Positions 8,105 to 16,969 of a stretch of DNA of 64,000 nucleotides are shown piece by piece (within the stretch, counting starts at the first letter, position 1; each line of letters starts with the position of its first letter). This DNA is from an uncultured Alphaproteobacteria bacterium (GTDB taxonomy: Bacteria > Pseudomonadota > Alphaproteobacteria > Rs-D84): positions 33,698 through 97,697 of the forward strand of contig CALXMR010000001.1 in the NCBI GenBank assembly GCA_944389525.1. Reading direction: 5' to 3'. The position numbers and the translations under genes are program-made. Under the pieces are notes generated by a model. The model searched no databases. It was given only the letters and a program-made list of their open reading frames with translations, and had not been told where the DNA came from.

Positions 8105-10114
8105 TTAATCTCTCTTTTTTACTAAATCAATACCTATTACCATCACGCACGAAAACAGCAATATTATTATCATCCAACCATCACGTCCCAACGCACGATA
8201 CGGCGTTATATGTGCACCCGCCACAGTATCATCGGCATAGCCTGATGCACCGATTGGAATTGCTGATTTAATCGTACCATCCGCCCCCACAAATGCACTG
8301 ATACCCGAATAATTTGCACGAACAATCGGCAGCCCCGATTCGATTGCATACCGGCGAACCATATCCAGGTGTTGATATGTTCCCGGTGTTCGCCCAAACC
8401 ATGTGTCATTTGTAATATTAACAATTGCATCTGGCATTTGATTCATTGGCACCAACGAATCGGAAAACACAATTTCATAACATATTGCCGGCGCGAACGA
8501 AAAATTATGCCCACCAACATCAATATTTATCACAGTTGGTCCGTTACCTGGGGTTAACTGGCCCGGTGTTGGAATTAAATCACCAAATGGTCTGTATTCG
8601 CCGAACGGCACCAGGTGTGATTTACTGTATACATGTTGTATTACGCCATTTTTGTTGGCAACAATCATGGAATTAAATAACCCATCCCCAGAATACGATG
8701 TAGCACCCAATATTATAGTTTTATCCAACGCATCTGCCATTGGGATGTTATCACCATCAACAATAACAAACGGATACGATGTTTCTGGGAAAACGATTAA
8801 ATCAGGATTTCCATTTTTTTCCGCCAATGACATCAGCGAATTTATATTCGCAACCGCATTTCGCATGGCGTCTTCGCGGGAATGAGACGCTTTTTGCGTC
8901 GCGCTGCGCGCTGGCTGTATCACCCGGATAACAGGTGACGAATTATTTTCATGCGCCGCCTGTATTATATTTTCGCGCCCCGCGCATATTCCACAGATTA
9001 CCAATACCACAAACAGCCCCAACACACCCCAAGACAATTTACTGCGGCGATTTGATAAGACTTCTGCCACGGCGGCAATCAGTCCGATTATAACAAAGGT
9101 TAACCCCAACGCCCCCCACAGCGACATAGAATTCGCTATTACAGGATATGGCAACATAATATTTGCAATCGGGTTCCACGGAAATCCGGTCAACAACCAT
9201 TCACGCAACCACAGAACAAATGTCCATGTGGCGGCGAACAAAAATGGTCTGCATGCCGGAAATGTGCGTATACACGAAATAACAACAAACGGCACAGAAA
9301 ATATAACCGCCCCCACGATACCAATTCCCACCAATGCAGGCACGGTCCACACAGCGAATTGTTCGGCCAATTCTGGGACAACATATATAGAATTCAAAAC
9401 CCACCAAAACATTGCCATGGCATAGGCCGCGCCAAACGGTGCGGTTCGCCAAAACACGCCCAAAAAACCACCAGGCACACTGCGTGTGGCCATTTTATAC
9501 GCCGCCGCAATTGCCAACATTGTCGCCCACCACATATTAAACGGCGCAAACCCCAGTGAGGCAATTGCCCCCAATACAAACATTATTGTCCCAGGTATAA
9601 TGCCACTTGTTGGGATTTTTAACTTGCGCAAACGCGACAAAAATTTTTGTCCTGGGCAACATGATAAATCGCTGCATACGGCGGAATCGTGCACATAGGG
9701 ATTTTTTATACCCAATTGTTTTAATATTTTCACTTCGGTATTTTCCATAATTTTTGCATCGTTATCATCTATGTGGTCATAGCCTTGCAGATGTAACATT
9801 CCATGCACAACCATATGCGCCACATGGTCTGTAACAGGTATATTTTCTTCCCCTGCCTCGCGCAGTACTGTATCCAGCGATATATAAATATCACCCAGTA
9901 AAATATCGTCCCCCAGTTCAAAAGACAAAACATTTGTCGGTCTGTCAATATCACGATATTTTTTATTCAGCGCATGTATTTCTGCATCATTCGTCAGCGT
10001 AATCGAAACTTCGGCACACGGTGCAACATCAATCGCCGCGGCGCACGCCACGCGTTCAAAGTCAATTTTATATTTACGCCACCGCGCATCATTATAGTTA
10101 ACACATACTTTCAT
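8105..10114 (-). CDS. fusion ORF: endoribonuclease YbeY (N-terminal ~150 aa) joined in frame to apolipoprotein N-acyltransferase Lnt (~500 aa)
   Basis: The N-terminus carries the YbeY zinc motif HGMLHLQGYDH. After a short linker come the Lnt transmembrane region and CN-hydrolase domain (LVPFGEYRPFGDL, APAICYEIVF, NITNDTWFG). The six-frame track shows a single uninterrupted frame. Confidence 0.8.
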   Translation of the reverse strand: MKVCVNYNDARWRKYKIDFERVACAAAIDVAPCAEVSITLTNDAEIHALNKKYRDIDRPTNVLSFELGDDILLGDIYISLDTVLREAGEENIPVTDHVAHMVVHGMLHLQGYDHIDDNDAKIMENTEVKILKQLGIKNPYVHDSAVCSDLSCCPGQKFLSRLRKLKIPTSGIIPGTIMFVLGAIASLGFAPFNMWWATMLAIAAAYKMATRSVPGGFLGVFWRTAPFGAAYAMAMFWWVLNSIYVVPELAEQFAVWTVPALVGIGIVGAVIFSVPFVVISCIRTFPACRPFLFAATWTFVLWLREWLLTGFPWNPIANIMLPYPVIANSMSLWGALGLTFVIIGLIAAVAEVLSNRRSKLSWGVLGLFVVLVICGICAGRENIIQAAHENNSSPVIRVIQPARSATQKASHSREDAMRNAVANINSLMSLAEKNGNPDLIVFPETSYPFVIVDGDNIPMADALDKTIILGATSYSGDGLFNSMIVANKNGVIQHVYSKSHLVPFGEYRPFGDLIPTPGQLTPGNGPTVINIDVGGHNFSFAPAICYEIVFSDSLVPMNQMPDAIVNITNDTWFGRTPGTYQHLDMVRRYAIESGLPIVRANYSGISAFVGADGTIKSAIPIGASGYADDTVAGAHITPYRALGRDGWMIIILLFSCVMVIGIDLVKKRD

Positions 10115-10128
10115 TTTTATTACACCTG

Positions 10129-12048
10129 TTATGCTATATAATTTTTATTATGTATAACATCTGCAAAATTCACATCGCCGCGTTTTGATTTTAGATTATC
10201 TGCACTACGATTAAACGCTGTCAGTTCTTTATCTTTTATTTTTTTACGCAACCGATTGACATCATTTTGTACGCGCCGATTACCATTCGCAACAGACAAT
10301 TCATAATTTTTCAGTGCCCGTTTAAAATCCCCCTGTCGTTCATATGCATACCCAGCATTATACTGTGCGGCGGCATATTGACTTTTGTCTGCGATACGAT
10401 ACAGAACCTCACGCGCCTGGCTGATTGCATCATCATAGCGCCCCAACTGGTTATAAGTCGCCGCCAAATCATTACGCAACAATGCGTTATCAGGATAATC
10501 ATGAACCATTTTTTCAAAACGCATCGCGGCCACAGTATATTGTTCTGTTTTATACGATGCGATTGCATTTTTATACGCCTCATCATACCCGATGACATAT
10601 GTTTCTGTTTCAACAGCGGCCTTGTTTTCCGCCAGTTTTGCAAATTCTTTATTTCCCAACGCGCATTCCCCAGTACTGCAAAACGCTAAAATATCTGACG
10701 GTAAATAGTTACTGACTTTGGGCCAATTTTTCAACGATTGGTTTCGTTCATTTTTTGGATTTTCCAGCCATTGTTTAAACACTTCATATGTTTTTTTATT
10801 CACACGGCGATTATTTTCATCACCTGTAAAGAACGCACTTTTCTTTTGTCCCATGACCTTAAAGAATTCGTACATTCCATTAACTGGGCAATCCAGCAAC
10901 ATTTGTGGCATTATATCACCGGTCAGTAATCCTGCCTCTAACCAGCGGCGCCAATATAATCCGCGCCCCCCTGCCAAGAATCCACCCAATTTATCTGCGA
11001 CCGTATTTATATCCGCATGCCCCAACCATGCCTTGCCGAAACTGGTGGCATCTGTTATCGGATACTTGGCAAAAACATTTTTAACCAGACTGTCTGGAAC
11101 CGCATATCCATATTCATCATACAATTTACGCAATTCATCAAAGCGCATTTGATGGTTTTTATCCCGCGGGTTTTCGATTAATTTTGAATATGCATTATAT
11201 ACAACCGAACTCATCCCCAGTGCTTCATTAGTTGTATTTATATCAACTGCACCATTTGCGACATCATAACAATATAGAACAAAGTAAGTTTCACCATCTT
11301 CCAGATGCCAACGCGCCAGTTCATATGCCTCGTCCGTGGTCATGGGCGGTGTATCCATGGTAACCCGGCTGCCATCTTTCAACATCGTAGATCCAAATCC
11401 GATTGTTGGTATCCCACGCGAATCGCGATATGGCACATGCATACCATTTTCATCGACATGTACCCCTTCTTTGACAATCAGGTCTGCGATCAGGAACGGT
11501 GTTATCGGCCGCATTTTATCCAAAAACGCCTTGTATGTACCGCGGGCTTGGTTTTCTGCCTGGTCATCAATTTTCCATTCTTTATATTCTTGGAATAAAT
11601 CTGGCCCATATTGGGTTGCCACCCGTCCACCCCCAATCAAAGACGCCAACATAAAATACCACAAAATATGTGCCGACAAATTCGGATATTTTTTTGCAAA
11701 ACTGGATAATTTTTTTTGCTTGCCGCGTTTATTTTTTCCGACATTTAACTGTGCAAATTTTTCTTCCATTTTGCGCAACGCCGCATTATCCAGCGTCAAC
11801 CATCGCGCCAGCATTAACAGAAATTGCGCCCCACCCGCCGCCAGCCATGCCGCGCCCTTGGCGGTCCGCAATCCCATAATCGCCGCCGCATCTTTTATTT
11901 CAGCGTTTTCGTCAATTTGATTTGCCGCATTTTTTGCAGTACGACGCGCCCGAATATATTCAACTGGATTTTTTTCGGCAATTTTCTGGCGCAATTTTTT
12001 TGCTGCTTCCTCTGGCGTTGCGACAATTTTTCTAAATTTTTCTGCCAT
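10129..12048 (-). CDS. membrane-anchored lysozyme-like (GH24-type) protein with C-terminal TPR repeats
   Basis: 639 aa with one hydrophobic segment (AHILWYFMLASLIGGG). The segment KEGVHVDENGMHVPYRDSRGIPTIGFGST matches the catalytic E...D..G..TIG.G block of phage-type GH24 muramidases. C-terminal TPR-like repeats are present (YNQLGRYDDAISQAREVL; YNAGYAYERQGDFKRALKNYELS). Confidence 0.6.
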   Translation of the reverse strand: MAEKFRKIVATPEEAAKKLRQKIAEKNPVEYIRARRTAKNAANQIDENAEIKDAAAIMGLRTAKGAAWLAAGGAQFLLMLARWLTLDNAALRKMEEKFAQLNVGKNKRGKQKKLSSFAKKYPNLSAHILWYFMLASLIGGGRVATQYGPDLFQEYKEWKIDDQAENQARGTYKAFLDKMRPITPFLIADLIVKEGVHVDENGMHVPYRDSRGIPTIGFGSTMLKDGSRVTMDTPPMTTDEAYELARWHLEDGETYFVLYCYDVANGAVDINTTNEALGMSSVVYNAYSKLIENPRDKNHQMRFDELRKLYDEYGYAVPDSLVKNVFAKYPITDATSFGKAWLGHADINTVADKLGGFLAGGRGLYWRRWLEAGLLTGDIMPQMLLDCPVNGMYEFFKVMGQKKSAFFTGDENNRRVNKKTYEVFKQWLENPKNERNQSLKNWPKVSNYLPSDILAFCSTGECALGNKEFAKLAENKAAVETETYVIGYDEAYKNAIASYKTEQYTVAAMRFEKMVHDYPDNALLRNDLAATYNQLGRYDDAISQAREVLYRIADKSQYAAAQYNAGYAYERQGDFKRALKNYELSVANGNRRVQNDVNRLRKKIKDKELTAFNRSADNLKSKRGDVNFADVIHNKNYIA

Positions 12049-12428
12049 TACTTTTTCCCTTTTATTTTATTGCGCCCCAGTCCTGTTTTTTTTGCAATTT
12101 TAGATCGCCGCGCGGCATAATTTGGCGCAACAAACGGATAATCATCTGGCAATCCCCATTTTTCACGATACTGCTGTGGCGTCATATTAAATTTGCGTTT
12201 AATATACCGACGCAACATAATGTGCCATGTGCCATCTTCCAAACATTGAATCCTGTCAGGCTGAATTGACGCAGCAATCTGCTGGCGACTGATTGACGCC
12301 CCGCGCAAACTTTCCCGCGCGGCGCGAACTGCCTCTGCCATCGACAGCGCTGGATTTGCCGCAATTGCCGCCGCCGCCAGATTAGCAATCGCCAATGTAA
12401 GTTCAGAATCTTTGGTCGAATTAACCAA
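12048..12428 (-). CDS. mucR: MucR/Ros family transcriptional regulator (zinc-finger-degenerate variant)
   Basis: IQCLEDGTWHIMLRRYIKRKFNMTPQQYREKWGLPDDYPFVAPNYAARRSKIAKKTGLG aligns with the Ros/MucR core (CLECG..FKSLKRHL..HH.MTPEEYREKW.LP.DYPMVAPAYA). The second Cys and the His ligands are replaced (D, Y, KF). Confidence 0.7.
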   Translation of the reverse strand: MVNSTKDSELTLAIANLAAAAIAANPALSMAEAVRAARESLRGASISRQQIAASIQPDRIQCLEDGTWHIMLRRYIKRKFNMTPQQYREKWGLPDDYPFVAPNYAARRSKIAKKTGLGRNKIKGKK

Positions 12429-12508
12429 CTTGATATCCTCTTGTTTATTTACTAAAATTCATTATATCACAAATAAAGATTAAATAAAATCAAAGTAAAA
12501 TATAAAAA

Positions 12509-13792
12509 ATGCAATCTGAAAACAGACCACTTGCCGATTTAATGCGTCCGGCCACGATTGACGAAATCGTGGGTCAGCGTCAATTATTGGGCGAAAACGG
12601 TCTGGTACGCCGTATGGTTGACAACCATAAATTATCCAATTTAATTTTATGGGGCCCACCAGGATGCGGCAAAACAACAATTGCGCGCGCATTGGCAAAA
12701 TCTGTTGATATGGATTTTGTCGCCATGTCGGCGGTATTTTCTGGCACCGCAGATATCAAGCGTGCGATGGATGCCGCGCGTATGAACCGTGAAATTGGTC
12801 GTGGGACATTGCTGTTCATTGATGAAATTCATCGTTTTAATAAAACACAACAGGATACTTTATTACCATATCTCGAAGATGGAACAGTTGTCTTTATGGG
12901 GGCAACAACAGAAAACCCCAGTTTTAATTTAAACAACGCATTGTTGTCGCGTTGTCATGTGGGTGTTTTGCAACCACTGTCCAGCGAAGATTTATTAACA
13001 TTAATGTCACGGGCAGAAAAATTCTTGGACAAAAAATTGCCACTGGACGAAAATGCACGCATACATCTGGCCCAGATGTCAGACGGCGATGCACGATTTT
13101 TGTTAAACACAATTGAATACCTGACAAACGCCAACTTTAAAAAGCAACTATCCCCAGACGCACTGGACAGCGCGATACAAAAACGCGCACCACTGTCCGA
13201 CAAGACGGGGGACGAACACTATAATTTAATATCTGCGGTGCATAAATCATTGCGTGCCAGCGATACGGATGCGGCCCTGTATTGGACCGCGCGCATGATG
13301 ACATCTGGCCAAGATCCGATGTATCTATTCCGGCGTCTGTCGCGATTCGCAATGGAAGATGTCGGCCTGGCCGATCCAAACGCGATGCAAATCGCGCTGG
13401 CGGCATGGCAATTATATGAACGCATGGGCAGTCCCGAAGGCGACCTGGCCCTGACCGAACTGGTAATATATCTGGGGACGGCACCAAAGAGCACGGCAAA
13501 TTATCGTGCCCAAACAGCAGCATACCGCGCGGCCCGCGAAACTGGCAGTTTGATGCCACCGAAAAATATTTTAAATGCCCCAACCCGCATGATGAAAGAC
13601 ATGGGATATGGCGCTGGATACATATATGAACCAGATACCGCATCTGGGTTCAGTGGCCAAAACTGTTTTCCTGAATCGATGCCACGACAAAAATTTTATT
13701 ACCCGATCGAACGCGGGTTTGAACGCGAAATAAAAAAGCGTCTGGACTATTGGGATACTTTGCGAAAAAAATTAAACAAACAATCTGACTAG
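12509..13792 (+). CDS. rarA: replication-associated recombination protein A (AAA+ ATPase)
   Basis: Walker A GPPGCGKTT, a Walker B LLFIDEIHRF segment, and MgsA/RarA C-terminal helical domains. Confidence 0.9.
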   Translation: MQSENRPLADLMRPATIDEIVGQRQLLGENGLVRRMVDNHKLSNLILWGPPGCGKTTIARALAKSVDMDFVAMSAVFSGTADIKRAMDAARMNREIGRGTLLFIDEIHRFNKTQQDTLLPYLEDGTVVFMGATTENPSFNLNNALLSRCHVGVLQPLSSEDLLTLMSRAEKFLDKKLPLDENARIHLAQMSDGDARFLLNTIEYLTNANFKKQLSPDALDSAIQKRAPLSDKTGDEHYNLISAVHKSLRASDTDAALYWTARMMTSGQDPMYLFRRLSRFAMEDVGLADPNAMQIALAAWQLYERMGSPEGDLALTELVIYLGTAPKSTANYRAQTAAYRAARETGSLMPPKNILNAPTRMMKDMGYGAGYIYEPDTASGFSGQNCFPESMPRQKFYYPIERGFEREIKKRLDYWDTLRKKLNKQSD

Positions 13793-14757
13793 CGTGATAT
13801 TTTATTTTCCAGCTCTGCCAGCATTGCCCGAACGTTTTTTAGATTATCTGTCACATACGCCTGGCATCCGACATTTGCGCGATTTATCAATCCAGACAAA
13901 ACCTTGCCCGGGCCCAATTCATATGCACATGTAATATTATACTCTGGAAATTTTTCCATTATTTCCAACCAACGCACCCCATGCGTCATTTGATCGGCCA
14001 AGGCATCTTTCACGTCCTGGGGGTTCGACATAACATTCGCCGTTTGATTAGAAAACCAGTTTGTTTTTGGTGATTTTACATCTATATTTTCCAAACGCGC
14101 ACGCAACAAGTATTCGGCATTTTGCATCAATGCACAATGTGCCGGCACAGAAACATTCAAACGCCGTGCCATTTTCGCGCCCATTGCACGCGCACGCGCC
14201 ACAACCACATCCAGCGCATCATTTTGCCCGCTGATAATAAACTGGTCGCGCGCATTATGGTTCGAAATTGCCGCAAACCCATGTCCACTGGCCGCCAGCA
14301 ATACTTTCTCTATTGTTCCCTTGTCCAGTCCGATTATACATGCCATACCACCACCATCTTGCCCAGCCATTGACATATATGTTGATCGGGCCGACAATAA
14401 CACAACTGCGTCCTTCATTGTTAAACTGCCCGCGCAATGCAGTGCAGAATATTGCCCCATTGAATGACCAGTAACGGCATAGCCAATATTGTACAAGGGC
14501 GTATCACCAAAATGTGTTTCGATAATTTTGGCAATTGATACCGAATGCGCAAATGTCCCCAGCGATATCATTTCTGGCTTGTTTAAAATTTCTTTTGGCC
14601 CAGAAAAACACGCCTGGGCAACATTCTTATGAGAAATATCGGAAACTTGTTCAAAAGTATGCCGAACAACTTGGTATTCATCGTACAAATCCCGCGCCAT
14701 ACCAACGCGCTGTGCGCCCTGGCCCGGAAAAACAAAAGCAATCTTTTCTGTTATCAT
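13789..14757 (-). CDS. fabD: malonyl CoA-acyl carrier protein transacylase
   Basis: FVFPGQGAQ and the active-site GHSMGQY (GHSLGEY type) motif. Start taken at the internal MITEKIAFVFPGQ. Confidence 0.85.
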   Translation of the reverse strand: MITEKIAFVFPGQGAQRVGMARDLYDEYQVVRHTFEQVSDISHKNVAQACFSGPKEILNKPEMISLGTFAHSVSIAKIIETHFGDTPLYNIGYAVTGHSMGQYSALHCAGSLTMKDAVVLLSARSTYMSMAGQDGGGMACIIGLDKGTIEKVLLAASGHGFAAISNHNARDQFIISGQNDALDVVVARARAMGAKMARRLNVSVPAHCALMQNAEYLLRARLENIDVKSPKTNWFSNQTANVMSNPQDVKDALADQMTHGVRWLEIMEKFPEYNITCAYELGPGKVLSGLINRANVGCQAYVTDNLKNVRAMLAELENKISR

Positions 14758-14811
14758 GTACAATATTATATGTACCAAAAATAAAGATGTCAATATTTAT
14801 AATTACAAAAA

Positions 14812-14836
14812 AATATCCCCAAATCTGGGGGATTAT
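14812..14836 (-). terminator. intrinsic terminator hairpin (atccccaaatctgggggat) with flanking A/T tracts
   Basis: A GC stem with an A7 run upstream on the plus strand, which reads as a T-tract on the minus strand. It lies just downstream of the OMP gene stop at 14841. Confidence 0.5.
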
Positions 14837-14840
14837 TAAA

Positions 14841-15572
14841 TCAAAACAATACATTTACATCGAATCCGACCTGTAATTCATCGCTTTCGAATTCATAGTC
14901 TAAATGCCCGGCATATTGCGTGCGCCCATATTGACGAACGATTTTTCCACCCAACCATTCTTGGTCATAATGCGGGTTGGTTGCCTTGCGCAGTGTAAAT
15001 TGCGCCCCCAAACGCCAATCTTCGGTTATGCGAAAATATGCCTCGGGCGCGAAATCGATATACGCCATACCGCGTTCATCATCAAAAATCCAGTTTGATT
15101 GTATTGTCGCGGCCAATGTCATACCTGCCCATTGACGACCAAAACGATACCCCGCATAGTATGTTGAATCCGCATAATACGGCGTACGCACCCGCGAAGA
15201 ACCGCCAAACTTTAACCCGAACAACACATCAGAAATAATATGTGCGCTGTTACCATTGGCCGTACCAACGCGGTAAATCCCACCCAGGTCCAGCGCGGAA
15301 AATCCATCTTCGGATCCGTCAAAATCTTGTTGAAAATGAACATTCAATCCAACAACTAATCGGTTATTTATCCCATATGATAACCGTTCACCCAAACGCA
15401 GAACATTATCCCAATATGTCAGTGTGGTTTCGGATAAAACTTCGCCTATGGCCTGCATATACAATGGGTCCGATGTATCGCGATCCAAACCAACCCCGTC
15501 TGCGCGCGCATCGCCAATTTGCGGCACAATTGTTGCGACCGCGATTAAAAATCCATATAACAGTTTACGCAT
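14841..15572 (-). CDS. outer-membrane beta-barrel protein (OmpW/porin-like)
   Basis: Signal peptide, alternating amphipathic strands, and a C-terminal Phe (..VGFDVNVLF). Confidence 0.6.
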   Translation of the reverse strand: MRKLLYGFLIAVATIVPQIGDARADGVGLDRDTSDPLYMQAIGEVLSETTLTYWDNVLRLGERLSYGINNRLVVGLNVHFQQDFDGSEDGFSALDLGGIYRVGTANGNSAHIISDVLFGLKFGGSSRVRTPYYADSTYYAGYRFGRQWAGMTLAATIQSNWIFDDERGMAYIDFAPEAYFRITEDWRLGAQFTLRKATNPHYDQEWLGGKIVRQYGRTQYAGHLDYEFESDELQVGFDVNVLF

Positions 15573-15631
15573 TCTCTCTGCCTTTTGTGTTTTTATTTAT
15601 TATTTATGCCACACTGGGACAATTCATGAAA

Positions 15632-15654
15632 CGCCGCCCCAAACGGGGCCGGCG
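15632..15654 (-). terminator. possible terminator hairpin (cgccgccccaaacggggccggcg)
   Basis: A GC stem with an AAAC loop immediately downstream of the OMP gene stop at 15672. The T-tract is weak. Confidence 0.35.
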
Positions 15655-15671
15655 TACATCCAACCTGTTTA

Positions 15672-16871
15672 TCAGAACAAGAATATCGCTTGCAAACCGA
15701 TGGTTGCCTCGGAATAATTATCGATATTCGCGTCACCCATATGCGAAAAGATTCCGGTATTCGCATCTGTTCCCCAATACGACAAATCTTTACCGTCTGC
15801 GGAATCATACACCGCCATCTTGCCGTACAGATTTAACGCAAACCAATCATTCGGCTGCCACCCAAGTGCGGCCTTGATACTCAATTGATTATGCCAGTCA
15901 TAGTATCCGAACACACCTTCGAAATTCAGTGTCCAGTCTTCGTCCAACACACTAAATATCCCCAGTCCAACTTCGCCATAAAACACATTATCAACATCTG
16001 TATCATATGCCAAAAAGAATGTTCCTGGTTCGTCTTCTGCGGTAATGCCATTGATACCATTGCCATACGAATTGCCATCAAAATTCACATACCATGCACG
16101 TCCCAATCCATATATTGTGGAACGTCCCAATTTATATCCGCCCTTTAAATCCAATATGACATTGTTGGATACATCATGCTGGTACTGGTAATAGGCGGAC
16201 AGCGTTGCAATCCAATCTGCTGTATCTGCAAACCGCCACTGTACCCCCAATCCAAACAAATTAAATCCATTATCATCCATTGAATCGTCTGGTGCGGTCG
16301 ACCAATCAAATTCATACTTTGAAATATCATATTTCGCCATTGCCAAGACAGCGAAACTGTCGGTTATACCATAACTGAAATCTTCCTTGATAGAAAACTG
16401 GCCCATATCCCATTTGCCATTTGGATCAGACACAGTGCCGTCCGGCTTTAACAAAATATCGTACGAATTCATCGTATACGACAAATCTGTCACAGAACCA
16501 AACTGGCCCGCCAACGGCTGGAAAAACGGGTGCGCCAAATAATATTTGCGTTTCAGTTCACTGCGATATGTTTCCGCCCGTGTTGTACGAACATTTGCCG
16601 ATGAATTGCCGCCCGCATATTGTTTATACAGCGCGCTGCGATTTGCAGGCTGTGTATAATAAATATTTTTTGCATCCGCCGCATCATATGTTTTGGTTGA
16701 TGTGCGCGTTTCATATTTTTCATAGTTAACCTGGGTCCGTTCACGCACGGCCGGCGCGCCTGTTAAATCGGCACTGGATGCCGCACGGGCACCAGAATTT
16801 GTTGCCGCCATCGCCGGCACACCCCCCAGAACCCCAACCATAATTGCAAACAAAGACAAATAATGTTTCAT
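15672..16871 (-). CDS. outer-membrane beta-barrel protein (porin-like)
   Basis: Signal peptide MKHYLSLFAIMVGVLGGVPAMA, aromatic-rich beta strands, and a C-terminal ..GLQAIFLF. Confidence 0.6.
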   Translation of the reverse strand: MKHYLSLFAIMVGVLGGVPAMAATNSGARAASSADLTGAPAVRERTQVNYEKYETRTSTKTYDAADAKNIYYTQPANRSALYKQYAGGNSSANVRTTRAETYRSELKRKYYLAHPFFQPLAGQFGSVTDLSYTMNSYDILLKPDGTVSDPNGKWDMGQFSIKEDFSYGITDSFAVLAMAKYDISKYEFDWSTAPDDSMDDNGFNLFGLGVQWRFADTADWIATLSAYYQYQHDVSNNVILDLKGGYKLGRSTIYGLGRAWYVNFDGNSYGNGINGITAEDEPGTFFLAYDTDVDNVFYGEVGLGIFSVLDEDWTLNFEGVFGYYDWHNQLSIKAALGWQPNDWFALNLYGKMAVYDSADGKDLSYWGTDANTGIFSHMGDANIDNYSEATIGLQAIFLF

Positions 16872-16933
16872 TGTAAAATTCTCCTTTTGTCAAAAATTAT
16901 ACCATAAAAAATCCTCATAACAAAGTAATAAAA

Positions 16934-16960
16934 GCAAAAACCCGCCATTTGGCGGGTTTT
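16934..16960 (-). terminator. intrinsic terminator (cccgcc-attt-ggcggg) flanked by A5 and T4
   Basis: A perfect 6 bp GC stem with a tetraloop, followed by a T-run in the minus-strand reading. It sits 10 nt downstream of the ftsK stop. Confidence 0.7.
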
Positions 16961-16969
16961 CTAATATTC

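Noticed and set aside
11336-11920. 194 aa plus-strand ORF and neighbours (10267..10689, 10718..11152)
   Set aside because: They are antisense within the lysozyme-TPR gene and have no coding character.
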